Below the pieces are notes generated by a model. That model was not told the origin of the DNA. It saw nothing but the letters and a program-made list of their open reading frames with translations, and ran no database searches. From contig JBBRPR010000041.1 of assembly GCA_038227875.1 (NCBI GenBank), positions 13,811 to 77,810 on the forward strand: a stretch of 64,000 nucleotides of DNA, written 5' to 3'. The position numbers were made by a program, and so were the translations under genes. Source of the stretch: Planctomycetota bacterium (GTDB lineage: Bacteria > Planctomycetota > SZUA-567 > H5-PLA8). Numbering within the stretch: the stretch's first letter is position 1; every line of letters starts with the position of its first letter. This document shows, in pieces, positions 28,078 through 38,124 of the stretch.

Positions 28078-28137
28078 AACGAACACAATCTTAGAGGGAA
28101 GTGCCTGGTTCGACAGTGAATCGCAATCCCCACGGTC

Positions 28138-29178
28138 TCACGGGAAGAGGGGATCGTCAAAGAGCGTCTGTTCGCCCGGCCGGCGGAACGTTGTACTTTC
28201 CATCGTGTGCACATCCTTCTCGCGCGTTGAATTCATGCCGAGTTTTTTGCAGGTGAGTTGGAATAGCCAGTCGATCGCTTCCCAGCGTTCGCCGCTGCCT
28301 TTGCCGCGGGTGCCGAACTCGCTCTGGTAGAGCTTGCCGTCGCGCATTTCGCGTACGGCATTTTCGACTTTCTGTGCGCGGTCGGGATACGCGGCGCTCA
28401 GGCGTTCGAAAAAAACCGGCTTCACTTCCGACGGCAGCCGCAGCATTACGCGGAAAGCCCGGCGCGCTCCGGCGGCGTGCGCGCGTTCGAGAATTTCGGC
28501 GATCTGGCTGTCGTTCAAGCCGGGAATAATCGGCGCGATCGCCACGCCGACGGGAATCCCCGCGTCGCTCAGCGCTTTCATCGCGTCCAGCCGCGTCTGC
28601 GGCGTCGGCGCGCCGGGCTCAATCAAGCGCGCCATCTTTGCGTCGGCGAAGGCGATGCTGAAATGCACGACCACGTTTGAAACTTTCAACATTTGCGCGA
28701 GCACATCGATGTCGCGGCGGATAATCGCCGACTTGGTGATGATGCCGACCGGGTTGCGAAAATCCCGGCAGACTTCCAGGCAGCCGCGCGTGAGCCGGTA
28801 TGACGCTTCCAGCGGCTGGTAACAATCGGTGTTGCCGGAGAAGACGACCAACTCGCCGGCCCACGATTTTTTCTGGAACGCCTCGCGCAGTTTTTCGACC
28901 GCGTTGACTTTGACGATGATCTTCCGTTCAAAATCCGTGCCTGCGCCAAAGTCCCAATACTGATGCGACGGCCGCGCGTAGCAGTACGCGCACGCGTGAT
29001 GGCAGCCGCGGTACGGATTGAGACTGAAGCGGAAGCCGAGGTCCGGGCTGTTATTCTCCGAGAGCACCGACTTGGCGTGCTCTTCGTAGATCTCCTGCTG
29101 CGCGTCCGGCGGAGCATCGATCCACTCGGTCTGAACATCGTTCCACGCGTGGGGCGGATTGGAAATGAGCTTTAGCAT
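28138..29178 (-). CDS. PA0069/Rv2578c-family radical SAM protein (spore-photoproduct-lyase-like)
   Basis: NNSPDLGF..S.NPYRGC.HAC.YCYARPSH, GNTDCYQP.E, ITKS....RD.D. Confidence 0.9.
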   Translation of the reverse strand: MLKLISNPPHAWNDVQTEWIDAPPDAQQEIYEEHAKSVLSENNSPDLGFRFSLNPYRGCHHACAYCYARPSHQYWDFGAGTDFERKIIVKVNAVEKLREAFQKKSWAGELVVFSGNTDCYQPLEASYRLTRGCLEVCRDFRNPVGIITKSAIIRRDIDVLAQMLKVSNVVVHFSIAFADAKMARLIEPGAPTPQTRLDAMKALSDAGIPVGVAIAPIIPGLNDSQIAEILERAHAAGARRAFRVMLRLPSEVKPVFFERLSAAYPDRAQKVENAVREMRDGKLYQSEFGTRGKGSGERWEAIDWLFQLTCKKLGMNSTREKDVHTMESTTFRRPGEQTLFDDPLFP

Positions 29179-29183
29179 CGCAC

Positions 29184-29201
29184 CCTAACGTATACCGAAC
29201 G
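29184..29201 (-). promoter_or_regulatory. Candidate LexA box upstream of the radical SAM gene
   Basis: Minus strand CGTTCGG-TATACG-TTAGG, 5 nt from the ATG; resembles the lexA upstream site TTAGG-ATAATG-TTAGC. Confidence 0.5.
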
Positions 29202-29226
29202 TGCGAGGCGAAGTAAAGCGCGATTG

Positions 29227-30678
29227 CTACGCGCTTCCTTTCGCGGGCAGCACGCCGGGCCGGCGATCATTCTCGCGACGCCGAGCATCCATCGCGCGCA
29301 GGCGTTCAAACGCGTCTTTGTAACCGATGTCCTTTCCGATCACCGCCAGGTACGCGGCGGTCGCGCCCTTCTCGTCGTCCAGTCGTTCGCGAACAATGCC
29401 GAGCAGGTAATGCGCTTCGAGAAAAAGAGCAGGCTCCTTCTTCGCGCTATCGGCGGAAAGTTGCGCGATGAATCCGGCCAGCACGACTTCCGCCGCGCCG
29501 GGCAGCGCGATGGCGAGAAAACATTCAGCCAGCATCAGCCGCGCGCGGTGGCCGTGCTCGTCCTGCTTGAAGTCGAATTGGAATTGAACGATCGCCTCTT
29601 TCAGAGTCGCTTCGTCGTTGCTCCGTTTCCAGCGCGCGAACAACGCTTCGCCGTAGCGCAGATGAAGTTCACCGTCGGACGGCGCGCGGCGCACGAGACT
29701 GGAGTAGGACGACCACGCGAACTCGTCGCGTTCGCGCTCCAGTTCCAGAATTTCCGCGCGCAACGCGGGCGTGCGCACGGCCTCGGAGCGGCGCTTTTCG
29801 AGATTCGCCGCGCGCTTGCTCCATCCAATCTCGACGGCGCGCCGCGCCAGGTCGAGCGGGTTGCCGGCGCGCGGTTCGACCTCGGCGAGCATTGCCAGCG
29901 CCGCATCGAAGCGCTGCGACTTCAACAGCAACTCCGCAAGACGCAACGCCGCGGCGATCAGCTTGCCAGGCTCGGCATTCTTCTCCGCGATGGCCGCTTC
30001 CAGTGCGGCGAGTTCTTCGCTGTCGCGTTCGGCTGGCGCTTTCGTCGCCAGCGCGATGCTCTGCGCGGTGGCGAGGGTAAATGCCTTGTCGTGTTTCAAG
30101 AATGCTTCGGAGGCCTGCGTGGCGGAGGCATCCTTGATCAATTGGATCACATCCTTGGGCGTGGCCGGATCGTGTTGAAACTCCGCGAGTACCGCCAGCG
30201 CTTCAGCATGGCGCTTGAGCGCGTATTGCGAACGGCCGAGCGCGAATTTAATTTCGCGCTGCAGCTTGTTTCCGGCAGCGCGCAGATTCGGGCTGTGCTT
30301 CAACACATCACTGAGCGCCGAGACGGCAAGTCCATGCCACTGCGCCAGCGCGGCGGCTTTCCCCATTTTATGAAGCGCATCGAGATCGAACGGATTTTCT
30401 TTCAGGCGCTCCAGCGACGCTTCGAGAATCTTGAGCGGCGCTTGAGCAGGCAGCAGGCGATTGATGTTGAGCGCGCCATCGGCAGAAACGTCCACGACTT
30501 TCGGCGGCGTCCGCATCGCACCGCGACTGCGCTGCAGGTATTCATCGAGCACCGTGGCCGGATCGGCAGGATTGGCCGTGATGCTCAGCGCATAATACGT
30601 GTGCATCGCCGCAAGATTGCTTTGCCGCGCGGCTGCGCGAGCGCGATCGAGAAACGATTCGGGATTGGCGTCAGGCAT
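29227..30678 (-). CDS. Tetratricopeptide-repeat protein
   Basis: Helical TPR-like repeats (ELHLRYGEALF, AHYLLG.V.E, YKDA..RL). Confidence 0.7.
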   Translation of the reverse strand: MPDANPESFLDRARAAARQSNLAAMHTYYALSITANPADPATVLDEYLQRSRGAMRTPPKVVDVSADGALNINRLLPAQAPLKILEASLERLKENPFDLDALHKMGKAAALAQWHGLAVSALSDVLKHSPNLRAAGNKLQREIKFALGRSQYALKRHAEALAVLAEFQHDPATPKDVIQLIKDASATQASEAFLKHDKAFTLATAQSIALATKAPAERDSEELAALEAAIAEKNAEPGKLIAAALRLAELLLKSQRFDAALAMLAEVEPRAGNPLDLARRAVEIGWSKRAANLEKRRSEAVRTPALRAEILELERERDEFAWSSYSSLVRRAPSDGELHLRYGEALFARWKRSNDEATLKEAIVQFQFDFKQDEHGHRARLMLAECFLAIALPGAAEVVLAGFIAQLSADSAKKEPALFLEAHYLLGIVRERLDDEKGATAAYLAVIGKDIGYKDAFERLRAMDARRRENDRRPGVLPAKGSA

Positions 30679-30765
30679 GGGACCTCCGGGGGAGGCGCGG
30701 GCGCGGGGACTCTTATATATGGAGGAACTGCTGACGAGTGCGCGGGGTCACGCGACTGCGGTATG

Positions 30766-31596
30766 CTACTTCCGCGCCGACACCGCCAGGCTCGTAATAT
30801 AATCCGCTGGCGTTTCGCCCTTCGGCAGAAGCTGCAGCATCTCCGCGTAGAGCGGGTCATTGAGGTTGGCCATCGCGGTGACGTAGTCGGATTTGGGCGT
30901 GAGCGCGATGTCGGTAAAACCGGCGTCCATGACCATCGTCAGCGTCTCGTCAACCAGCGCGGCGCCGGAGACGCAGCCGATCAACGCTTCGACCATGCCG
31001 ATCACTTCGACCGGCAGCGGTTTGTAGAGGGCCATATCGGAGATCGCGATGCGGCCGCCGGGCTTCAGCACGCGGTGGATTTCGCGCCAGACTTGCGGCT
31101 TGTCGGGCGACAAGTTGAGCACACAGTTGGAGATCACCACGTCGACACTGTTGTCGGCGACGGGCAGGTGTTCGATTTCGCCGAGCCGGAATTCGACATT
31201 CGTCAGTCCGGACCGCGCCGTGTACTTTTCCGTGTTGCGCCGCGCCTTACCGATCATCTCGGCGGTCATGTCGACGCCGATCACGCGGCCGGCCGCGCCA
31301 ACCTTCGTGCCGGCGATGAACACATCGAAGCCGCCGCCGCTGCCCAGATCGAGCACCACTTCGCCGGGTTGCAGCGATGCGATCGCCGCGGGGTTGCCAC
31401 ACGAAAGGCCCATGTTCGCGCCGTCCGGCACGGCGGCCAGTTGCTCGGCGCTGTAGCCGATCTGTTCAGCCAGCTTCGCGGCGTCCTCCGGAGATGATCC
31501 GCAGCACGAGACTCCGCTACAGCACCCCGAACTGGTTTTCACCGCAATCGCGCTGTAGCCTTCGCGAACTTTTTCACGGACGTCGTCGGTCGGCAT
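30766..31596 (-). CDS. arsM: Arsenite S-adenosylmethionine methyltransferase
   Basis: N-terminal CC..CC, ANMGLSCGNP, VLDLGSGGGFD, ISNCVLNLSPDK, GCVSGA. Confidence 0.9.
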   Translation of the reverse strand: MPTDDVREKVREGYSAIAVKTSSGCCSGVSCCGSSPEDAAKLAEQIGYSAEQLAAVPDGANMGLSCGNPAAIASLQPGEVVLDLGSGGGFDVFIAGTKVGAAGRVIGVDMTAEMIGKARRNTEKYTARSGLTNVEFRLGEIEHLPVADNSVDVVISNCVLNLSPDKPQVWREIHRVLKPGGRIAISDMALYKPLPVEVIGMVEALIGCVSGAALVDETLTMVMDAGFTDIALTPKSDYVTAMANLNDPLYAEMLQLLPKGETPADYITSLAVSARK

Positions 31597-31635
31597 CGGT
31601 TTTCCATCTCCGGTTAACACGAGAATGTTACGACG

Positions 31636-31959
31636 TCAGTCTTCCCATTCAACGTCAACGTTGTCCGACCATAACGCGCCGCCGCAGCGCAGCCACGCGC
31701 AGCGCTGGTGTCCGCGCGCGTCGGCGACGACCACGCGGTAAATATTCTGGCTCTTAGATTTGAGCCAGTACGGTCCCATGCGAAGCCACGGTTTCTCGCA
31801 TTCAACGATGTGATAGCCCGATTGCTCAGCCCACAGGTCGACCAGCCCGCGCAATCGCTCCTGACGTTTGATGTCGTAAAAAATCACGACGAACACTATG
31901 GCGCCGAATGCGCCGATTATTGAAAGAGCCGCAAGAGCATCCATGACATCGTCCTCCAC
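31636..31959 (-). CDS. Small membrane-anchored hypothetical protein
   Basis: N-terminal TM, GP.W...S..Q..YRV.V.D..G..R..W.RCG. Confidence 0.6.
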   Translation of the reverse strand: MEDDVMDALAALSIIGAFGAIVFVVIFYDIKRQERLRGLVDLWAEQSGYHIVECEKPWLRMGPYWLKSKSQNIYRVVVADARGHQRCAWLRCGGALWSDNVDVEWED

Positions 31960-32002
31960 CTTCAGGACGGCAACTCAAAACTCATCACTCAAAACTATCC
32001 CT

Positions 32003-33217
32003 TCACCCTCGTCGCCCCTTGATGAAATCCATTATACCACACGCCGCGCGGTCGCTGGCGCCGGGGCCTCCGAGTTTCTTTGGTAATTCCGCCAGCGCCG
32101 CGCGCTGCTGCTCGCGGTACTTTTCGTCGGTGAGTCCGCGTTCGATTTCCGCGGCGATGCGCGCCGGGTTCACGTCCTCCTGCAAAAGTTCCGGAACCGC
32201 GTAACGGCCGAGGACAATGTTGACCAGCGAGAAGACGGGAATATTCACGAGCTGATGCGCGATAGCATAACTGGCCCAACTGCCGCGGTAGAGCACGCAG
32301 AGCGGGTTGCCGGCGAGGCCGGCTTCGAGCGTACTGGTGCCGGACTTCACGACCGAAAAGTCCGCCGCGCCGGGTAAGAGCGACGCGTGGCCGACTGGAG
32401 TTTCGTTCACCGCGGCGAGCGCGCGCAGTTCCGGTTCGCCAGCGCCAGTGATCGCGATGCGTGTTTCGGGAAGTTGCTTTGGCGGCGCGTAGCTCAGTTC
32501 GAATTTCTGCGCGTCCGCTGTGATCGTCGTTCCCGCCGTGATGCCTTTGGGCAGCGACAGGACGCCGCGCAGATTCTGCAACTTCGCCGCCGCCAGATTG
32601 AATCCTTCGCACAGCGGCCGGATGTGTTCGTTGAATTCTCCGGAGCGCGATCCGGGCAACAACGCCACGGTTTTGCGATCGGAGGGGAATTCCAGGCGCG
32701 GCGGAACGACGTATTTGTGGTCGACCAGCGGATGGCCAACGAATGTCGTCTTGAGGCCATACTGTTCAAAAAAGGGAGGTTCAAAATCGAAGACGCAGAA
32801 CGCCTGGTCGACTATCCGCGCCATTTTTTTTGCGCGCTTGGGTTTCCACGCCCAGACCTGCGGCACGATGTAATAGAGTACGGGGATGCCGAGCTTTTTG
32901 ACTTTTTCGGCGAAGCGGAGATTGAAGCCGGGGTAGTCGATGCAGATCAGCGCATCGGGGCGTTCCTGTTTGAGCCTGTCCAACAATTGGTCGCCGACGC
33001 TGACGAAGAAATTGTAGTGCTTGGCCACTTCCCAGAAGCCGACGACTTGCATGCCATCGAGATTCTTGGCGACATCCAAACCCGCCGCCGCCATGGCTTT
33101 TCCACCCATGCCGACGAAGCGCACGGTGGGTTCGACGCGGCGGATTGCCTGCATCAGCTTGGAGGCGTGGAGATCGCCCGAAGCTTCTCCCGCCAGAATG
33201 AAAAAGGTGTAGGCCAT
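32003..33217 (-). CDS. lpxB: Lipid-A-disaccharide synthase
   Basis: AGEASGDLH, IDYPGFN, PQVWAW, FVGHPL, LLPGSR, SGTSTLE, PELLQ. Confidence 0.95.
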   Translation of the reverse strand: MAYTFFILAGEASGDLHASKLMQAIRRVEPTVRFVGMGGKAMAAAGLDVAKNLDGMQVVGFWEVAKHYNFFVSVGDQLLDRLKQERPDALICIDYPGFNLRFAEKVKKLGIPVLYYIVPQVWAWKPKRAKKMARIVDQAFCVFDFEPPFFEQYGLKTTFVGHPLVDHKYVVPPRLEFPSDRKTVALLPGSRSGEFNEHIRPLCEGFNLAAAKLQNLRGVLSLPKGITAGTTITADAQKFELSYAPPKQLPETRIAITGAGEPELRALAAVNETPVGHASLLPGAADFSVVKSGTSTLEAGLAGNPLCVLYRGSWASYAIAHQLVNIPVFSLVNIVLGRYAVPELLQEDVNPARIAAEIERGLTDEKYREQQRAALAELPKKLGGPGASDRAACGIMDFIKGRRG

Positions 33218-33359
33218 GAATGCACGCAGTATGGACCAGACGCCACACCGCCTCAAGCGACCTTCAGGGCAGCTGGCCTGAATGACATGCAGAAGTGATC
33301 GAGCGGCCGAATTTTTGCTTTAAGGCCCATCGGACCCAAAAAGATGGTAAAATGAAACT

Positions 33360-34760
33360 ATGGAACTGTACTTCTGCGACCAGTGCGAGAAGCGGATTCC
33401 AACGGCCGACGTCGCCGAGGCGAAGGCCGCTGCCGCGTCGTTTAACGACCATATGTACTGCGTCGAGTGCCGTCCTCGTCCCGTCGCCCCCAAACCGGCG
33501 ACCGCGACTTTTAAAGCACAGCCCAAATCCACCCTGCGCATGCAACGCACCACTCCAGCGCGGGACGCGCCGCTCGTTCCGCACAAGTCGCCGATTCGTG
33601 GCGCGGAAACCATGCCGACGGCCACGCCGATCAACCCCACGCCTCCGCCGATGCCGGCCGTTCGCGCGGGGACTTCGGGGTATCGCTCGCCCTCCGTGCA
33701 GGTTGCGCCGCCGCATCGAATGTCGGCATCAGCCTCGGCTTCGGCAGCTCGCGCGGTTGAAGTTCCCGCGCGGCGACCGAGCAGCAAGACGCCGCTGATC
33801 GTGGGCGTTGCGATTTTTGCCGTTTGCTTGATCGCCGGTACCGCGCTGTTCTTCACCCAATCCGACAAGACGTCGCGCGTCGCCGCCGTTGAGACGGAAC
33901 CAAAGAAAACAACCGCACCTACACCTGCATCTACGGGTCCGATGACGACCACAAACACGCCGAAAACCGACGAACCCAAGCCCGCGCCGATTGTGCTGCA
34001 TGGCTCGCCTTCCATGCCCGCCAACCCGATCGCCAAGCGCAACACGCCTCCCGTTGAAAAACCCAAACCTGTCCCACCACCGAAGAAGGAATTGGTTCCG
34101 CCCGCGCCGGTTCTGGGCGTGGCCGAAGCCGGCGTCTCGGAACTGGGAGTCGAAGCATTAAAAGGGGACGCGCCGAAAATCGACGGACTTCTGGACGACG
34201 CCGCCTGGCGCAGCGCGGCGACATCCGATGCGATGAAGCTCGAAAATGGCGACACGCCCAACGGCAAGGCCAAGTTCTGGATGACGTACGACGAGACGAA
34301 TCTTTACGTGGCCGTCCAGTGCTTTGAAAACGCGACGGCGCTGAGCTCGCTTAAGGCCGAAGCCACGCAGACGGCATCGGACAACATCTGGATGGACGAC
34401 TCCGTCGAACTATTCATCGATCGGGTGAATTCACGGCATGCGTATTATCAGCTCATTTTTAACCCCAAGGGCGTCGTCTGGTCGAAGTACTACGACGGCC
34501 CCAAGCACGCCGTTGGTAACTGGGAGCCGACGGTCAGCGTCGCGGCGAATGTCGGTAAGATGAGCTGGACCGTTGAAGCCGCGATTCCATTAAGTTCGTT
34601 CAAGCAAAGTTTGAAAACCACGAGCGAATGGTCGTTCAACATTGCGCATACCCGCACGGCTGCGAACGAATTGATGTACTGGAGTCCGGTGCACTCGGAT
34701 TCGTCGCATCATCCGGAACGGTTTGGAAAGCTGACGGGAATGAAGGAAAGACAGTTTTGA
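33360..34760 (+). CDS. C4 zinc-finger single-pass membrane protein with CBM9-like domain
   Basis: MELYFCDQC-x24-CVEC, Pro-rich linker, TM LIVGVAIFAVCLIAGTALFF, CBM9/DOMON-like (P.IDG.LDD..W, YD..NLYVA..C, DDSVELFID, W.VE.AIP). Confidence 0.75.
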   Translation: MELYFCDQCEKRIPTADVAEAKAAAASFNDHMYCVECRPRPVAPKPATATFKAQPKSTLRMQRTTPARDAPLVPHKSPIRGAETMPTATPINPTPPPMPAVRAGTSGYRSPSVQVAPPHRMSASASASAARAVEVPARRPSSKTPLIVGVAIFAVCLIAGTALFFTQSDKTSRVAAVETEPKKTTAPTPASTGPMTTTNTPKTDEPKPAPIVLHGSPSMPANPIAKRNTPPVEKPKPVPPPKKELVPPAPVLGVAEAGVSELGVEALKGDAPKIDGLLDDAAWRSAATSDAMKLENGDTPNGKAKFWMTYDETNLYVAVQCFENATALSSLKAEATQTASDNIWMDDSVELFIDRVNSRHAYYQLIFNPKGVVWSKYYDGPKHAVGNWEPTVSVAANVGKMSWTVEAAIPLSSFKQSLKTTSEWSFNIAHTRTAANELMYWSPVHSDSSHHPERFGKLTGMKERQF

Positions 34761-34844
34761 ATTTTGAGTCTTGAGTTTTAAGTTAACAGCTCGCACGCGT
34801 GATGCAGTCAACTCAAAACTAAAAACTCAACACTCAAAACTATC
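34750..34844. repeat. Inverted AGTTTTG heptamer arrays
   Basis: 41-bp arms 34750-34790 and 34804-34844; a single related arm at about 31971-31996. Confidence 0.8.
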
Positions 34845-34857
34845 TGTGCCCACCGCA

Positions 34858-35340
34858 CTACCACGGAATAATGCTCTGATGATCCTTCACCCGCCGCACG
34901 CTGCGGGCTTTCCAATCGAGCACGAAATCCTTGATCACGAAACCGACCACGCCAACGCCGATTACCAACGCGGGCCAGAAGAAAGTCGGGACCTCGATGA
35001 TGCGGCCGATTCCGCAGAGCAGGATGGCCAGTCCACCGATGACACCGGCGACGCCGACGGTGGATTCCATGCACATGCAGACGATGCGTTTCGGCGCGGT
35101 CCCTGAGCCTGTCGAGGGAGTCGGCCCTGAGCCCGTCGAAGGGTCCGCGGCGGGGTGATCTTTTTTCGCGACGTACTTCACATACAGGTCGCGCAGCAAG
35201 CCCTGGCCGAGCAGCAGGACGGATGCGGCGAGAATCAGATAGCCGGCCGGCAGCTTGACCGGCAGCCGCGTCGCGAAAAACCAGGTGGCCACGGCGACGG
35301 TGGCGATCAATCCCAGTTCGATTTTTTCACGCGTGCGCAT
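34858..35340 (-). CDS. Four-TM hypothetical protein with CMC motif and an in-frame repeat insertion
   Basis: Hydrophobic segments, CMCMES motif, loop PSTGSGPTPSTGSG. Confidence 0.7.
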   Translation of the reverse strand: MRTREKIELGLIATVAVATWFFATRLPVKLPAGYLILAASVLLLGQGLLRDLYVKYVAKKDHPAADPSTGSGPTPSTGSGTAPKRIVCMCMESTVGVAGVIGGLAILLCGIGRIIEVPTFFWPALVIGVGVVGFVIKDFVLDWKARSVRRVKDHQSIIPW

Positions 35341-35488
35341 ATTCGACGCTCAGAATCCTGTTTGGTATTTGTTGAAGTGTCAACGACCTGACTTTATTCA
35401 TTTTGCTGCTGAGATCGATGAATTTGTGCAATAATTCGTGACCCTCCGAGGGTGCTGCCAGTGAAGCAGATGCGGGATTTTTGAGCTC

Positions 35489-36076
35489 GTGGGAGTGCTG
35501 CAAATGCGTAAACGAGAGCAGATGGCGGTGGCGGCATTCGCGGCGCTGGCACTGGTCACGCTCGACGCGATAACCTACTCGGCGTGGTGGCGCGATGGAT
35601 TTACGATCAACGCCATTTTCAGAATGTTCATCATCGCGATGTTTGTTTTTCCCGGTGCCGTACTGGCCTGGCGTCTGCGCGAGGGGATGAGTTTAAAATC
35701 GTGGGCAGCGATCGCGTCCCGTTATTGGCTCACGGCGGGCGCAGTCGTTTTGTTCTGCGTGCAGTCGGGACTTTATAGATACCTGAGCAACAGTACGAAT
35801 TGGAACAGGATTCAGGAGACGATTTTTAACGGTGCCCTGTGTCTGCCGTTTGGGATGTTTTTCATCTTTTGGCTGACGCATGAAAAACGTCTAAAAACGA
35901 CGTATCCGATACGCGGGGTGCGACGAAGAATCAATGGGCGGTCATCCGTGGAAATTCCTTTCATCAGTAAGATGGGCATGAAGGACACGCCCACGCGCGC
36001 GTTTTCAGCGAATCGCTTTCGCGTAAAGCGCAATGTTTCGCCGCAGCTCTTCCTGCACGGTCGGCGGTTGAACTAA
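35489..36076 (+). CDS. Hypothetical membrane protein
   Basis: Four hydrophobic segments; 3' end overlaps the convergent gene by 72 bp. Confidence 0.45.
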   Translation: MGVLQMRKREQMAVAAFAALALVTLDAITYSAWWRDGFTINAIFRMFIIAMFVFPGAVLAWRLREGMSLKSWAAIASRYWLTAGAVVLFCVQSGLYRYLSNSTNWNRIQETIFNGALCLPFGMFFIFWLTHEKRLKTTYPIRGVRRRINGRSSVEIPFISKMGMKDTPTRAFSANRFRVKRNVSPQLFLHGRRLN

Positions 36077-36844
36077 GTCCTCGAAAAATTTGTCTTCGAT
36101 CACCGCGTCCACACGCTTGGGTTTGTGCCAGGAATCGAGCTCCGACTTGGTCAGCTTCTCCGGCGGCTTGCGGACACCGGCTTCGGCCAGGAACGTGCCG
36201 ACTTCGAACGGCGACGAGTACCCGCGCTCGTACACATTCAAAATCCGCCCCCAGCACGGTTTTTCCAACGCGATGTCGATGGTTCGCGCGATCGTCTCGG
36301 CGCTGGTCATGGAATTGGGCGTGTCGAGCAACTTCGGGTAGCTGGCGAGTTTGGTCAGCGTATTGCGCGGTGAGGCCAGCGGCGAATACACCTGCCGCGG
36401 ACGCAGGATCAGCAGCGGCGAGCTGCTTTCGGCGCGGAGCATCGCGTCGCAGGCGGCTTTCGACCACGCGTAAAAACAGGCCGGGGTGGGCGGATCGAAG
36501 GGCTGAAAGGCCTTGCCGTCGGCGCGGTACGGACCGTCCCAGACGCAGCCGCTGCTGAGATGAATGTACGGCACGCGGTTCTTGAACGCGGCCTTCACCG
36601 CGCGGTAGACATACAGCGGCGCGCCGGCGTTGCAGCGGAAACATTCGGCGGCATTGTCTTCACACCAGCGCAGCTCGGTTTTGCCGGCGGTGTTGACGAC
36701 GACTTCCGGATCCAGCTTGCGCAGCGTGGCCTCATCGAGGTCCGCCATCTCGCGCGTCCAATGGAAGTCGGGCGAAATGCCCCAGCGCTCCTTCAAGAAT
36801 CCGCCGAGGTGGCCCTTGCCTATCAGTAGTATTCGCTTACTCAA
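36005..36844 (-). CDS. RmlD-like NAD(P)-dependent sugar-nucleotide reductase/epimerase
   Basis: GKGHLG Rossmann motif, WCE, SSGCVW.G, YAWSK (YxxxK); follows rmlB. Confidence 0.75.
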   Translation of the reverse strand: MSKRILLIGKGHLGGFLKERWGISPDFHWTREMADLDEATLRKLDPEVVVNTAGKTELRWCEDNAAECFRCNAGAPLYVYRAVKAAFKNRVPYIHLSSGCVWDGPYRADGKAFQPFDPPTPACFYAWSKAACDAMLRAESSSPLLILRPRQVYSPLASPRNTLTKLASYPKLLDTPNSMTSAETIARTIDIALEKPCWGRILNVYERGYSSPFEVGTFLAEAGVRKPPEKLTKSELDSWHKPKRVDAVIEDKFFEDLVQPPTVQEELRRNIALYAKAIR

Positions 36845-36858
36845 TTCGAGCTCCTTTT

Positions 36859-37001
36859 AACGGAGTCATTGTTCATCGGGCATTGGTCATCGGTCATTTT
36901 TCATTTACGTGGAGCGTGGTGCCGAACCAAAATGCCTGCCTGCCGCTCTTCGTAAATGACCAATGACCAATGACCAATGCCCAATGACCAATGACTCCGT
37001 T
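36859..37001. repeat. Inverted GTCATTG heptamer arrays (51-bp arms)
   Basis: 36859-36909 and 36951-37001 are reverse complements, including the unique flanks AACGGA and TTTACG. Confidence 0.85.
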
Positions 37002-37011
37002 CCAATTTCCG

Positions 37012-38019
37012 TTACCGCTTCCCGTACTGCAACTCGTAGTACTCTCTGTAAACTCCAGACTTAACGGCTTCCCACCACGGCCGGTTTTCGCGGTACCAGT
37101 GGACGGTGTCAGCCAACCCCTTTTCGAACGACATCGTGGGATTCCAGCCGAGTTCGCGGGTCGACTTGCTGTGGTCGATCAGGTAGACGCGGTCGTGGCC
37201 GGGACGGTCTTGGACGTATTGGATGAACTCTTCGCCGCGGCCGGTCAGTTTCAGAAGTTGCCGGGTGATCTCCAGGTTCGGCGTGCCGTTGCCGCCGCCG
37301 AGGTTGTAGACTTCGCCGCTCTTGCCCCGTTCCAGCGCGGCAAAGACGCCGCGGCTGTGGTCGTCGCAATGAATCCAGTCGCGCACCTGCATGCCATCGC
37401 CGTAGACCGGGACCTTCTTGCCTTCGAAGAGATTCGTGGTGAACAGCGGGATCAGCTTTTCGGGGACCTGGTACGGTCCGTAATTGTTCGAACAGCGCGT
37501 GATCACGGCGTCCATCTTAAAGGTGTGATGGTAGGCGAGGACGAACAGGTCGGCGCTGGTCTTGCTCGCGGCGTAAGGGCTCGATGGCTTCAGGTAGTGT
37601 TTTTCGGTGAACGGCTTTTTGTCGTCGGCGGAACCGTAGACTTCGTCCGTGGAGACTTGGAGAAAGCGCGTCTTCGTCCCGGCTCGGCGCAATGCATCGA
37701 GAAGCATCTGCGTGCCGCCGATGTTGGTGCTGACGAAGGGCGAGGCATCTAGAATTGAGCGATCGACGTGGCTTTCGGCGGCGAAGTTGACCAGCGCCTC
37801 GGGCTGCTCGTCTTTCAGGAGTTGTTCGACCAGCGCGGCGTCGCGGATGTCGCCTTTGACGAAGCGATAACCCTTTGCGTTCTTGATCGGCTCAAGATTG
37901 GCGAGATTGCCGGCGTAGGTTAGAGAGTCGAGTACCGTGACGGAATGGCCGAGGCTGATTCCGAGGCGCGCGAAGCTGGACCCGATGAATCCTGCCGCGC
38001 CCGTGACCAGAAGTTTCAT
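37012..38019 (-). CDS. rmlB: dTDP-glucose 4,6-dehydratase
   Basis: GAAGFIGS, LTYAGN, FAAESHVDRSI, VSTDEVYG, SPYAASK, DRPGHD. Confidence 0.95.
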   Translation of the reverse strand: MKLLVTGAAGFIGSSFARLGISLGHSVTVLDSLTYAGNLANLEPIKNAKGYRFVKGDIRDAALVEQLLKDEQPEALVNFAAESHVDRSILDASPFVSTNIGGTQMLLDALRRAGTKTRFLQVSTDEVYGSADDKKPFTEKHYLKPSSPYAASKTSADLFVLAYHHTFKMDAVITRCSNNYGPYQVPEKLIPLFTTNLFEGKKVPVYGDGMQVRDWIHCDDHSRGVFAALERGKSGEVYNLGGGNGTPNLEITRQLLKLTGRGEEFIQYVQDRPGHDRVYLIDHSKSTRELGWNPTMSFEKGLADTVHWYRENRPWWEAVKSGVYREYYELQYGKR

Positions 38020-38124
38020 TACGCTCCCTCATTTGCAAAGTAGTAGCGGTAGTTGGTGCGCTACTATGAACCTTCGATTACCGCTTCTACCAATGATTTC
38101 TTGATGTCACAAGCTCACGTGCGG

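Noticed and set aside
29224..31497. 757-aa plus-strand ORF
   Set aside because: Antisense shadow of the TPR and arsM genes in high-GC DNA; no motifs
30766..31596. ArsM as a selenoprotein
   Set aside because: The conserved positions are Cys codons; no in-frame TGA
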